Shown piece by piece: positions 16,164-26,161 of a DNA stretch of 41,351 nucleotides. The DNA is taken from IMG/VR virus record IMGVR_UViG_3300030376_000859, positions 1 to 41,351 of that record; one strand, given 5' to 3'. The notes beneath the pieces are model-generated. The model was given only the letters and a program-made list of their open reading frames with translations. It was not told where the DNA came from and made no database searches. The position numbers and the translations under genes were made by a program. Source of the DNA: a virus (lineage: Duplodnaviria; Caudoviricetes). Within the stretch, counting starts at the first letter, position 1; each line of letters starts with the position of its first letter.

Positions 16164-16632
16164 TATAATTACTCGTGCCAAAAAGAAAGCTGCCTCTGTA
16201 GGTAACTTACAGGGCAGCATCACGGGCAGTCTCAGCAACGTGGTTGGGGCAATTGGTGAAATAATAGTAGAAGACTATTCTGGCGGTGAACCTGTCAATA
16301 ACAAGGACTTTGATTTGGTTTTAGAAAACCGACGAGTTGACGTAAAAACAAAGCGGTGTAACACAACTCCGTCACCTAACTATGATTGTTCTGTGGCGGC
16401 ACACGGTTCGAAACAAGACTGCGATAGTTATGTCTTTGTACGTATCCTGACTGATCATAGTAAAGCGTGGATACTTGGAGAGGTATCTAAGGATAACTTT
16501 TACAAAAAAGCGACCAGATATCAGCGAGGAGATATAGACCCCGCGAACGGCTTTAAATTTAGGGCTGACTGTTACAACCTAGCTATACAAGAACTAGAGA
16601 ACGTCAATGTCAAGAAAACAACACAAGGCTAA
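16138..16632 (+). CDS. putative PD-(D/E)XK restriction-like nuclease
   Basis: GAIGE...DFD...VDVKTK pattern. Confidence 0.55.
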   Translation: MIQIKITPDIITRAKKKAASVGNLQGSITGSLSNVVGAIGEIIVEDYSGGEPVNNKDFDLVLENRRVDVKTKRCNTTPSPNYDCSVAAHGSKQDCDSYVFVRILTDHSKAWILGEVSKDNFYKKATRYQRGDIDPANGFKFRADCYNLAIQELENVNVKKTTQG

Positions 16633-16831
16633 TCTGTTTCAATTCACTGCACACCTAAAACAAGACGGAAACGTTGAGTTGAACTGGGAGGGTGTGCCTC
16701 CCGAATCTTTCGAATCCGCAATGAATAAAGGGATGCCAGAGTATGAAGGAGCACACTCTATAGCATCCCTGTTAAGGTATTTGCGGTCTATGGGAGATGA
16801 AATGATGGACAAATCCCGTAACTACATCTAA
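16607..16831 (+). CDS. hypothetical protein
   Basis: Last gene of the rightward module; overlaps the upstream gene. Confidence 0.65.
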   Translation: MSRKQHKANLFQFTAHLKQDGNVELNWEGVPPESFESAMNKGMPEYEGAHSIASLLRYLRSMGDEMMDKSRNYI

Positions 16832-16832
16832 A

Positions 16833-16976
16833 TTACTTATGTTCTTTTTGAACAGTAAACCTAGCGCGAATTGATGACCCCTTGTGCCGCTTGTATCCGG
16901 TAGAGGGGTTTTTCATTAGCTTGTAGCCACCACCCTTTTGCTTCATCCAGTGATAGCCCTTTGGGGCTGTTACCAT
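16833..16976 (-). CDS. 47-aa basic protein (not in ORF track)
   Basis: MVTAPKGYHWMKQKGGGYKLMKNP... Confidence 0.7.
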   Translation of the reverse strand: MVTAPKGYHWMKQKGGGYKLMKNPSTGYKRHKGSSIRARFTVQKEHK

Positions 16977-16980
16977 TTTA

Positions 16981-17295
16981 CTAGCCACGTTTCTTTGCCT
17001 TTCCGCCGTACATCATTTTACCCTTGCCATCGGCTGCGTAAAACGGAACTTTCTTTCCATCTTTTTCTACCATCTGTAGTTTGCCACCTTCTGCCATCCG
17101 TTGCATATTCATCGGTTGCATAGGCATCATACCTGCCATCTGTTGGTTTTGTTGCTTTTGCGTTGTGGTCATGCTGCCACCCATCTGAGCCTTTTTACGA
17201 GGCTTCTTTGCCATGCCACCATACATCATCGGCTTGCGACGGGACATGCCCCCATACATCATGCCTTTGCGTTGTCCATTAGTATATTCTTTCAT
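16981..17295 (-). CDS. Met/Lys/Gly-rich protein with MMYGG repeats
   Basis: MKEYTN start with GAGGA RBS; three MMYGG plus QMGG and AEGG. Confidence 0.75.
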   Translation of the reverse strand: MKEYTNGQRKGMMYGGMSRRKPMMYGGMAKKPRKKAQMGGSMTTTQKQQNQQMAGMMPMQPMNMQRMAEGGKLQMVEKDGKKVPFYAADGKGKMMYGGKAKKRG

Positions 17296-17305
17296 TTTTT
17301 TATCC

Positions 17306-20300
17306 TCACTTTTGCATAACTTGTTCATAAAGGGATTTACCAGAGTTGTAAATAAACTCATGTCCATAGTCACTTGTAACTTTTACAGGGTCTTTCACTG
17401 TTTCGCGCCAGTTGTCGTAACGCTCTGTAGCTATAACCAGCAATTCAAATAGCTGCTTATCCTTTTCGAAAGATAATGGCTTTCCTGTCTCTATCATCTC
17501 CATCAACAGGGAACCTACCTTCGGATCAGTCAAGGCTGCAGTTAAAAGCTGCATATTCTTTTGCCTCATCTGCTGCAAGACTGCCTCTGTACCAACGTAC
17601 CTGAAGCTAACTACACCACGATTAACAGCGTAAAAGCGACTGATGTAGCTCTCTACAGAGAATTTGCGAGGGATGCCTGATATGTTCGTGCGTCCTGCAG
17701 ACTCTGCAGTTTCGTTCGCTGTGAAGCTTATGATGTTTCTGTAGGTATCGTAGGCTTTGTCACCGATTACTTCTCTTACAACTTCTGCTGTACTAGGGTC
17801 GTTGAATCCCATGAATTGCTTTAGGGATTCAATATCCAAGTCCACATTCGGAACCATCAGGTATTGATTAGATGGGTCTATGGTGTATCGCCCTGTCGGA
17901 TTGAACGCCTTACGATCAATCTCCTGAACCAGAAGCGACTTGATTATTTCGTTGGTTTCTTCTTCGCTTCGCTTCAAGGACTTGAGATGCTTTTTTAGAT
18001 CGTTCAAGCGTCCTACGCCACCGGATATCAAAACCGACCCAACGTTACCAGAGTCTAACACCCCTTGAGAGTATTGTCTTAGGAACTGTTTGCTTTCACC
18101 AATACCCTGTTGTATCTTTTTGGCTTCTCGTACGACACGAGCCTTTTCACGTGAAACAGCTTTTTGTAGTTGTTTAACCCCTGCTTGGAAGTACTCAGGA
18201 TCGACGCTGTTCTTTCCGAAGTCAGGGAACACATCCGTCATAACTTTGTCTAAGTCTAGGAGACGTACTTCAACACCATCTTCTCCAACACCCATAAAGG
18301 TATCTTGCAGACTATTCATCTTCCTGCGAAGGTCGTTAAAGTCGATAGGCTTACCGCTAGTGATGGTTTCGGTCAACCATTCGCGACTACGTGCCTCTAG
18401 GATTGCACGAGTAGCCTGACCATTTTCACTGTTCAATTGTATGCGATAGTTTCCGTTTGCATCTACGTCACCGATTGCTTCGGAAAGGGAGAGTGTAAAC
18501 TTTGTTTTGTCCACGTCCTCCATGTCGGCAATTTTATTGAAGTCTAACCATCCTACAGGAGCATTTTTACCGTAGTCGATACCTAGTGGATAGTCCGAAG
18601 AAACACCAGTAGGTAAACGAGCATCCTTATTTTTCCACCCCAACCAGTTACCTACGTTTTCATCATTGTAGAACCGACGCTTGTACTCCGTCCAACGAGA
18701 CTTTCCTTCAGCCAAGACCTCCTGAGTAGAACGTAGTGATCCGTTCTCTTGTTTAATGAACAACTGACCCACAGAAACTCGTTGGCCTGTTTCTAGCTGA
18801 ACTTCGAAGGAATCCATGAGTCCGTCTGCTATATTTTGAACATTATCTATTTGCATTTTTGCTGTAGAGTCTTGAGTCTTGAAGCTTATTTGATTCAAGG
18901 CATCAGACATCTCTTTAGCTTGTTGGAAGGAGATAGGAAGAACCCCGATATCTTCCCCAGCTAATTGCAGATCTTTTCTGAGTAGCTGTGCAGCCAACAA
19001 GTCTCGTGGAATACGTTTGTCATTTATCAGTTTTATCGTAGCGGGATCGTTTGCTTGGCGAGCAGCAGCCAACGCACCCTCAACAATCTCATCTGCATCT
19101 TGTCCTGATCGTTGGGCAATATCCAAGATAAAGGCTCCTGCCGCTTCATCCAAAAATGCAAACATCTTGCCGCTTGTTGAGCGAGACATCGTTTTACCAG
19201 ACATCTCCAAAAGCAGGGTGGTTCCTTCTGCAGTGCCCAGTACATCAAACATGCTATCTAGCACGGGACCGGCATCTGTAGTGGCTTTCCCTATAATAAC
19301 TTGGTCATCTGCAGTACGAAATTGAGCGTTGTCTAGCTGACGAAACGGTGCAGCAGCAATCTCTCGCTCCCGTACGTTTCTACTTTCAAGTAATGCTGCA
19401 AGAGCATCCCCTGATTTTTGAATGTCACGTGCTTTTGCTGGCTCACGTCCCGGACGGATAATTGTTCCATCAGGAAGAATCTTGTTAACCTGCTTGTTTA
19501 CGTCGCCCTGCGTCGGAAGAATACGAGCAATCTGAGTTGCTTTATCCTTGATGGCTCCGGCTATACCGTCTTGTGTTCTAGCAACTTCGTTTTGAATTGC
19601 TAAAACACTACCCGCATTTATCCTAGAAATATTGTGCTTTGTAAGGCTGTCGAGTGCACTACTTAGTTCAGTTGCCCCCGCTTCGCCTAAATGATCGTAG
19701 ATATCGTCTGATCCCCGAATCATACCCTTCACACTAGTCTCGTAGCTTCTTCCGATAACTTCTAAGTCATCTGCTAGTTGAGCGGTTGTGCCATCTGCAT
19801 AGGTTATGGCAGCTTCGACGGTATCGTACAGTTTCTTTATGGCGTTTCCTTCGATGTCCACGCCTTCCGTACGGGCAAGAGTTTGCATAACAGTACGAAG
19901 TTCAGACACAAACTTTTGTTGAGTTAGTAGGTTTGTATGTAAGGCTTGAGTTTGAGCGTTAAACGATGCAACTTGAGGGCCGTGTAAGTCGAGTGCAGAA
20001 CCTTCTTCTAGGGTTTGTAGAAGGGACAAGCCTAGTATTCGAGACACAGAACGATCTAAGACATCTGGATTTACACCAGCCGATACAAGCTCTTGCTTAA
20101 GTCCGTTGAAGTACTTTACTCGTGTTTTCAGTGCCTCTCGAAATTCTGGATCAAATTTTTTCATGTTGCTAAGTACGAGATCAGCAAGGTCTAGTTGTTT
20201 TCCTGTCACGTTGTCGAGATCAAACTTTTTTAATAGCTTTTTGGCATCTTTGCCGCCTTTGACAAGACCGTAGGTTATTCCGCCTAATGCTCCCAAAAAC

Positions 20301-22078
20301 TCTCCCATCATAGGATCTCCACCGTATATTTCAAATATTTGATTCATACTAGCAGCACCAACTATCACGGCAGCATCTTGAACGTTGGCCTCTCTGATAA
20401 ATTTAGGTGTTTCTGATCGGGCTACAGTTTTTCGAAGATCTAGTTTTGCGATTTCAATTTTTCTAGTTACGTCTTCCAAGCGTCTTGCTTCGTCTGGATT
20501 CAAATCCCTGCCTGCTTGCTTTGCACGATTGATAATACCATTCTTCTGGTTGTGCAGGTTTTTGTAGTACTCAGACATATTACGTACTTCGATGCGATTA
20601 GATGCAATCTGTGCCGCGTCGGTTAGTTCCATACCATTCTTAAATCGACTGGATGTACGAATACCGTTGACAAATGCAATAGCTTTTGCTGGGATGTTTG
20701 CAATGCCACCAATAAGCTTGATGTCTTTTGCTTTGGTTAAGTCGACGGGGAAGCTGTACTTCCCTATACCAACGTTAACAGTTTTCTCTCTCATGGCTTT
20801 GAATGCCTGCAACACATCTTCAGGCTCTGCATCAGGAAACTTCTTGCGATATCGTGCTTCGAAGTCACCGAAGTATTGCATTTCCTTTTTACCAGCCTGT
20901 ACCTTTCTCAAGGTAGCAAGTTTGGTAGGTCCGGCTACCTCGATTGCAGTCGCTGCAGCTTGGGTCCCAGCACCGGAAAACCGACGTGAAATAGATTCCG
21001 CTACGTGGTACGGCACATCCAAATTTAACTGCGTATATCTGTCTTGAATCAAAGCTGGCATACTAGGGATGAAGGTGCTCAACCATCTTTCACGATCTGA
21101 GGAGTCTGATAGGTTGTAGTCACCAACTTTCAAACCCTCTGATACTGCTCCGAAGGCTTCTCCTACGAGGTATGGAGCAGCCGCAACTGCGTACTTCAAA
21201 GTCTCATTGGTGATACCGACGAGTTTGGACGGATCACCAAAACCGACTCCCCCGAACTGAGGAAGGTTTACGCTGTGTAAGATGATGCCTGCACGAGTAC
21301 GTTGACTTTTCACCCCTTGATTGATAAGGAAGTTATCGAACTGTTTGGCAAAGATGGCACGATTAGTATCTTCATCGTAACCCATGTTTAACATGTAACG
21401 TGATCTAGCTTCGTCGTTAATGAAGGGAATACCGATGAGCTTCTTGTTGATATCTTCCAAGACCTTTTCGTACTTTTCATCGTACACGGCAGTCATGTAG
21501 CGTATGTCAACCTCTTGACTTGCGTCATCGCCAACGTAGTACCCTAGTTTTGTTCCTTGAACTTCATCTACCAGTTTTTGACGTGCTTCGAGGGTATCTT
21601 CTCCTTCTAAAAAGGCACTAAAAGCAAACGTTTCAGGATTACCGCTTTCAGTTAAGCGTTTAGTCGTTACGTAGTCGGCACTCATCAGGTCTTCATCGGC
21701 TAAGTCAGAATCTTTGACAGAAATGATTGGCGTTAGTAGTTCAGGATTTTCAATTATGCGGCGACGTTTAGCAATGGCTTGTGCGCCAAGAAACGGATCG
21801 CTATAATCTATCTCTACTTTTGACGGGTCCATCGTGAGAGCAGGCTCTGGAGAAAGATATCTTCCCGATTCCCCAATCGTAGAAAGCGGAGTTGCTTTGG
21901 GAAAATCCTCGACCACCCCTTCTGGAAGTTTCTTTCCAATGCCTGTCGGTTTCGTCTGTAGCGTTATATTGCTAATGCTCGTAGGATTCAGGGCTGCAGC
22001 AGCAGGCGAAAGTATTGTTTCAGCAAGACCAAGCGTTGACTTGGGCAATTTATCGAAAATAGAGTATCCTTCAGCCAT
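17306..22078 (-). CDS. large internal virion (ejection) protein, putative
   Basis: 1590 aa, helical character, last of the large virion genes. Confidence 0.6.
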   Translation of the reverse strand: MAEGYSIFDKLPKSTLGLAETILSPAAAALNPTSISNITLQTKPTGIGKKLPEGVVEDFPKATPLSTIGESGRYLSPEPALTMDPSKVEIDYSDPFLGAQAIAKRRRIIENPELLTPIISVKDSDLADEDLMSADYVTTKRLTESGNPETFAFSAFLEGEDTLEARQKLVDEVQGTKLGYYVGDDASQEVDIRYMTAVYDEKYEKVLEDINKKLIGIPFINDEARSRYMLNMGYDEDTNRAIFAKQFDNFLINQGVKSQRTRAGIILHSVNLPQFGGVGFGDPSKLVGITNETLKYAVAAAPYLVGEAFGAVSEGLKVGDYNLSDSSDRERWLSTFIPSMPALIQDRYTQLNLDVPYHVAESISRRFSGAGTQAAATAIEVAGPTKLATLRKVQAGKKEMQYFGDFEARYRKKFPDAEPEDVLQAFKAMREKTVNVGIGKYSFPVDLTKAKDIKLIGGIANIPAKAIAFVNGIRTSSRFKNGMELTDAAQIASNRIEVRNMSEYYKNLHNQKNGIINRAKQAGRDLNPDEARRLEDVTRKIEIAKLDLRKTVARSETPKFIREANVQDAAVIVGAASMNQIFEIYGGDPMMGEFLGALGGITYGLVKGGKDAKKLLKKFDLDNVTGKQLDLADLVLSNMKKFDPEFREALKTRVKYFNGLKQELVSAGVNPDVLDRSVSRILGLSLLQTLEEGSALDLHGPQVASFNAQTQALHTNLLTQQKFVSELRTVMQTLARTEGVDIEGNAIKKLYDTVEAAITYADGTTAQLADDLEVIGRSYETSVKGMIRGSDDIYDHLGEAGATELSSALDSLTKHNISRINAGSVLAIQNEVARTQDGIAGAIKDKATQIARILPTQGDVNKQVNKILPDGTIIRPGREPAKARDIQKSGDALAALLESRNVREREIAAAPFRQLDNAQFRTADDQVIIGKATTDAGPVLDSMFDVLGTAEGTTLLLEMSGKTMSRSTSGKMFAFLDEAAGAFILDIAQRSGQDADEIVEGALAAARQANDPATIKLINDKRIPRDLLAAQLLRKDLQLAGEDIGVLPISFQQAKEMSDALNQISFKTQDSTAKMQIDNVQNIADGLMDSFEVQLETGQRVSVGQLFIKQENGSLRSTQEVLAEGKSRWTEYKRRFYNDENVGNWLGWKNKDARLPTGVSSDYPLGIDYGKNAPVGWLDFNKIADMEDVDKTKFTLSLSEAIGDVDANGNYRIQLNSENGQATRAILEARSREWLTETITSGKPIDFNDLRRKMNSLQDTFMGVGEDGVEVRLLDLDKVMTDVFPDFGKNSVDPEYFQAGVKQLQKAVSREKARVVREAKKIQQGIGESKQFLRQYSQGVLDSGNVGSVLISGGVGRLNDLKKHLKSLKRSEEETNEIIKSLLVQEIDRKAFNPTGRYTIDPSNQYLMVPNVDLDIESLKQFMGFNDPSTAEVVREVIGDKAYDTYRNIISFTANETAESAGRTNISGIPRKFSVESYISRFYAVNRGVVSFRYVGTEAVLQQMRQKNMQLLTAALTDPKVGSLLMEMIETGKPLSFEKDKQLFELLVIATERYDNWRETVKDPVKVTSDYGHEFIYNSGKSLYEQVMQK

Positions 22079-22082
22079 GTTA

Positions 22083-24983
22083 CTAACCCTGTCTTTTTTT
22101 CAAAGAATTAAGAAATAGTTGATACGCTGGTGAATTTTTGTCGATAGTATCACCCTCTTTTAGTTTTTCTCCTGCAGGCAAGTGTCTATTCATCCTCATA
22201 ATAATTTGTCTATCAGACATATTTTTTACTGCGTCTTCCGCACTGAAGCCGGTTCCGCCCAACTGTGATCGTAGCACATTAGCCGCAGATGCTGGGGTGA
22301 TAACAACGTCTGAAGTAGCAAGCATGTCGTCTGCAATAGCCATAGCAGCGTTATCAAGAAAGTCGTCGCTACTCAAGTATTTTGCACGGATTCTGATACT
22401 GTCTAGCATGTCCTTTGCCGCCATGAGGGATGCTCGTTGTGCGTCTGGACTATCAAATGCTCCTTGACGTAAGGCAGACAGGATCAACTGAACGTCTTGG
22501 TCAGAGATGGTTCTTCCGCCTGTTCCGCCCTGAATAGCGGCAGATAGCTCATAAGCAAGGACAGTGATGTGGAAGTTACGAGTAGCAAGCATACGTTCTT
22601 TCATATTATCACCTGCCGCTTGCATTTGTGCAGTAACCTTTTTGGCATCTTGGATTAGCAACTGTCGTGCAGACTCTGTTATGTTTATGTCGTTATCAGT
22701 AGATCCTTTAGCTATAATAGAATCAATCAAAGATTCAGCAGCAGTGTCCAAATCTGCTCCAACTGCACCACCAGAGAGTTTACTCAAAAACTGTGCGCCT
22801 CTTTCACCAAATTCTCTAGCTAAGTACTGCAAGCCATCTATTGTCAAATCAAAGTTGGCTACGGCAGTAGACCCTAGAGGTGCACCGGTTCTGGGATCAA
22901 AGTAGGAACCTAGCGCAGACTTAGCAGCCCTTGTACCTCTGACAGCAGAGTCTTTTTGCGTACGAAATGCGTAACGTCTTTGCTTTCCTTGTGCGCTGCC
23001 GTCAAGTCCGTACTGTTGGGCCAAGAGAGTTTGAACTCGCGTTCCACCCACGCTAATCAAGCTTCGAACTGTCATCACACCAGATTCCAAATCTCCGCCA
23101 ACCATAGCGGTAAACTTGTTTGCTATGTTCTTTTTAGTTGGGGCATCAACTGCAGCAAGCACAATATCGTTTTTGGGATCAGTAGAGTTTATTATTGCAA
23201 TAAATGCGTCTAGCTCAGTAATGGGTTTACGAGTATCAGTCCCAGCAACAAGGATATTAGTTGACATGGACATCAGGTTATCTAGCGGGGGTTGGTTTTC
23301 AGCGTTTTTGGGACCAAGCCCATCCGCTCGTTGGACTAGATTGCCCAAAGCATCTCGCTTGTCTGCAATTAAGTAAGACAACAAGTTCTGTGCCTTCTCT
23401 GGATTGTTCGTAGCATTTAGAAGAGTCGGGTATAGTGTGTTTTTAATAAACGGTGCGTACTTTTCTGATGCAACTTTTCCGTACACTATACGGGCAAAAG
23501 GATCGGTTTCGCCCTCCCTAATCACAGGCTCATTCGCTACAACAACCGCTGCATTGGGATTTTCGGTAGTCAAGGTCTGTTGGATACGTGCAGCCATGTC
23601 CGCATTTCCCTTCATATCCAAGCTCAAAAGGAACTGCTCCATGCCTTTTACTTGTAACACATTTGCATAACCTGCTTCGACCATCTGTGCTTTATGGCTT
23701 AGAAATATACCGTTTTCTGCAAGATCGGTTCTTGCTGCTTTCAAGTTTGGGTCGGTATCTAAACGTAGTTTGAATGTAGGTCCAAATTTTGATACGAACT
23801 CTGCAGCCTTACCCTCTGTACTGTTAATAGCTTGCAGGTTATCTATCACAGAACTATTTAACGAATCTGCTTTATCAAAGATGCTCTGGCTGTCTTTTGC
23901 CCCGATAATAGTATCTGTCCCTAGTGTCATATAGTTTGTATACTTGGATAATTCCAAAGCCCGTGTAGTAGCAGCGGTATCTTTGGGAGTTCTTGACGTT
24001 GAACCAGCAAGAGCCTTAACCGACTTTCCGTCTGGGCTAATCTCTACGCGAGTTTCTCTAACTGCGTTTCTTCTATCTTCAGGCTTAAAGTCGGGGTCTG
24101 TACTGAGTATAGTAGAGCCATCTTCCATCTCGTATTCTATTGCGGAAGAAACACTTGCCGATCTCAAGGGTTGACTTACAAGCCGGTCACCAACAAATTT
24201 TCCTTGCTGAATGTCAGATTTATCATACCCATTATCTATAAACGATTGTTCGTCTTTTCGTCTGACGGTCATCCCATTATCTAGAGTAACAAAATAATAG
24301 TCTTCTCCCGGAGTTTTTCCCGGCTCTGCGTAGTCTCTTTCAGTCTGACTATCCAACTGCCCGTTTTTAAATTTTTTCATAACGTGACGAATCGGATCGC
24401 CAGTTCTTTTGTTTATTTCAATTGCTTCTGCTTCGTCCGCTACCTTTTTTCCGCCGATGTAAAACTCATCCACGTTGGTAATTTTTGCCGGACCCCGCAT
24501 AGCTTTTATAAAACTTGAGTCGAATGGCATGAGTTTTCCATCAACAACATTACCCACGACAGGATGAAGTTTGTCAATGTCTGTCATATCATAGCGCGGA
24601 CCGTAGATATTTCGTAACTGTGATTCGGGAACAGGAGATCCGTTGTAGTTACGAAGAGGCTCAATCTTGGATTCGCCTGTGTAAGCTTGCCAACCATTTT
24701 TGATTGTTCCTGTTTTTACTACTTTTGCACCCTTTGGAAGCATTCTAGGGCTTCCTACCATGTGCTCTCCCCACACACCGTCTGGAGTCTTGTATATCAA
24801 GCGTTGAGCATTTTCGTCACGACGTACCCGCTCTTTTTCTTCAGCTTCACGGACTTTTTGTGCAGCAGCAGCTTTGTCTAGGGCAATTTGTTTTGCTTCC
24901 TCTTTGCGTAGCTTCGCCTCATCCTTACTCTTTTTGTACATTGCGCTTCCAGCTAACAGCAATAGTTTTTCAAATCCTGCCAT
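22083..24983 (-). CDS. internal virion protein, putative
   Basis: 966 aa; GGRTISDQD motif near C-terminus; GAGGAG RBS. Confidence 0.55.
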   Translation of the reverse strand: MAGFEKLLLLAGSAMYKKSKDEAKLRKEEAKQIALDKAAAAQKVREAEEKERVRRDENAQRLIYKTPDGVWGEHMVGSPRMLPKGAKVVKTGTIKNGWQAYTGESKIEPLRNYNGSPVPESQLRNIYGPRYDMTDIDKLHPVVGNVVDGKLMPFDSSFIKAMRGPAKITNVDEFYIGGKKVADEAEAIEINKRTGDPIRHVMKKFKNGQLDSQTERDYAEPGKTPGEDYYFVTLDNGMTVRRKDEQSFIDNGYDKSDIQQGKFVGDRLVSQPLRSASVSSAIEYEMEDGSTILSTDPDFKPEDRRNAVRETRVEISPDGKSVKALAGSTSRTPKDTAATTRALELSKYTNYMTLGTDTIIGAKDSQSIFDKADSLNSSVIDNLQAINSTEGKAAEFVSKFGPTFKLRLDTDPNLKAARTDLAENGIFLSHKAQMVEAGYANVLQVKGMEQFLLSLDMKGNADMAARIQQTLTTENPNAAVVVANEPVIREGETDPFARIVYGKVASEKYAPFIKNTLYPTLLNATNNPEKAQNLLSYLIADKRDALGNLVQRADGLGPKNAENQPPLDNLMSMSTNILVAGTDTRKPITELDAFIAIINSTDPKNDIVLAAVDAPTKKNIANKFTAMVGGDLESGVMTVRSLISVGGTRVQTLLAQQYGLDGSAQGKQRRYAFRTQKDSAVRGTRAAKSALGSYFDPRTGAPLGSTAVANFDLTIDGLQYLAREFGERGAQFLSKLSGGAVGADLDTAAESLIDSIIAKGSTDNDINITESARQLLIQDAKKVTAQMQAAGDNMKERMLATRNFHITVLAYELSAAIQGGTGGRTISDQDVQLILSALRQGAFDSPDAQRASLMAAKDMLDSIRIRAKYLSSDDFLDNAAMAIADDMLATSDVVITPASAANVLRSQLGGTGFSAEDAVKNMSDRQIIMRMNRHLPAGEKLKEGDTIDKNSPAYQLFLNSLKKRQG

Positions 24984-25552
24984 TATTTTGACTCCTCAGT
25001 TGTCAAGAACGAAACCGACGCTTCTTTAGGTTGCTCGACTGGGCCGTACGCACTTTCAATAAAGTCATCTGCTTCCATGCGCTGCTGTCTGTTAATTTCT
25101 TCGTTCATCTTGAGGTACAACTCTGGATTACGTTGCTTTAGGATGTTAAAGAAGGCAACATCATCAAACTCTTCTTCATCTTCTCTTTCTATAAACATCT
25201 GTGGTTCGAAACCTTCTTCGAGAGCCATGTTGTACAGAAAAATACCGACTGCAGGTTTGATTAACTCTGCTACGTCAGGATTGTAGTATCCCTCCCTGAA
25301 TCCCACGAAGGATATCCGATTAACCATCTCCTCTACAGTGATACCGGCAAGAAGCATCTTCAAGATTCCTTCCCGTTGTTGCGGGTTGTCATCAATTGCT
25401 TCTGTTACATAGTCGATTGCATCATCTGGGTCTGCATAAATGGGAGGCTGTTCCCAAGCCCACTTTCCCGGTTCGTCAGTGAGGGAGTGTCCCGGTGGTG
25501 CAGAAAGAGCATTAATTCTATCAAAAGCCATGTTTCTATCCTGTTCTTGCAT
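24983..25552 (-). CDS. conserved virion-module protein
   Basis: APPGHSLT.EPGKWAWEQPP motif. Confidence 0.6.
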   Translation of the reverse strand: MQEQDRNMAFDRINALSAPPGHSLTDEPGKWAWEQPPIYADPDDAIDYVTEAIDDNPQQREGILKMLLAGITVEEMVNRISFVGFREGYYNPDVAELIKPAVGIFLYNMALEEGFEPQMFIEREDEEEFDDVAFFNILKQRNPELYLKMNEEINRQQRMEADDFIESAYGPVEQPKEASVSFLTTEESK

Positions 25553-26147
25553 CTTTACTGTAGGAAGGAGTTCTTGTTGCGGTGCGCTTCACACTAACTC
25601 TGCCTAACGTCGTACTTCCTGTTGATCTAACTTGAGCAAGAATGCGCTGGGGAATTTTGCTTGCGCGAACGTGTTGCGCTAGGTAGGCTTGCATTTTTGG
25701 TGATTGCAAAGCATTACCAACTCTTCCACTTCTACCTAGTGGTATCTGCCCAGCCTGTCCTGCTTGAAAATTAGTGTTGCTACGAGCAAAAGAGGATTGT
25801 GTTTTTCCGCGTGGTAAAGAGGGCATCTGTCCCGTGTCTCCGAACATATTTAGGAAAGAAGCCGATGCCTGTTTAATATTATCACTTGAGAGGTTGTCTT
25901 GCAACCAGTCTGGAACATAATCATCGTAGAATCCCTTAACAGCGGAACCTACAGCGGTGTCTCCAAAAGGGGTAACACCCAAATAATTTAGTCCTTTTGC
26001 AGCGAAGTTATCTCCTGAAAAATATGATGCTCCTTCCCCAGAAACTCCTCCCGGTGATGTGTCCCCAAACAAATATTCCCCTGCAATATCCGCTCCAACC
26101 AAAGCAACGCCTGTTTTAAACCACTTCTGTTCCCAAAATTTAGCCAT
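25536..26147 (-). CDS. internal virion protein, putative
   Basis: Gly-rich N-terminus, basic C-terminus; operon position. Confidence 0.5.
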   Translation of the reverse strand: MAKFWEQKWFKTGVALVGADIAGEYLFGDTSPGGVSGEGASYFSGDNFAAKGLNYLGVTPFGDTAVGSAVKGFYDDYVPDWLQDNLSSDNIKQASASFLNMFGDTGQMPSLPRGKTQSSFARSNTNFQAGQAGQIPLGRSGRVGNALQSPKMQAYLAQHVRASKIPQRILAQVRSTGSTTLGRVSVKRTATRTPSYSKDARTG

Positions 26148-26161
26148 GAATTATCGCCTTC

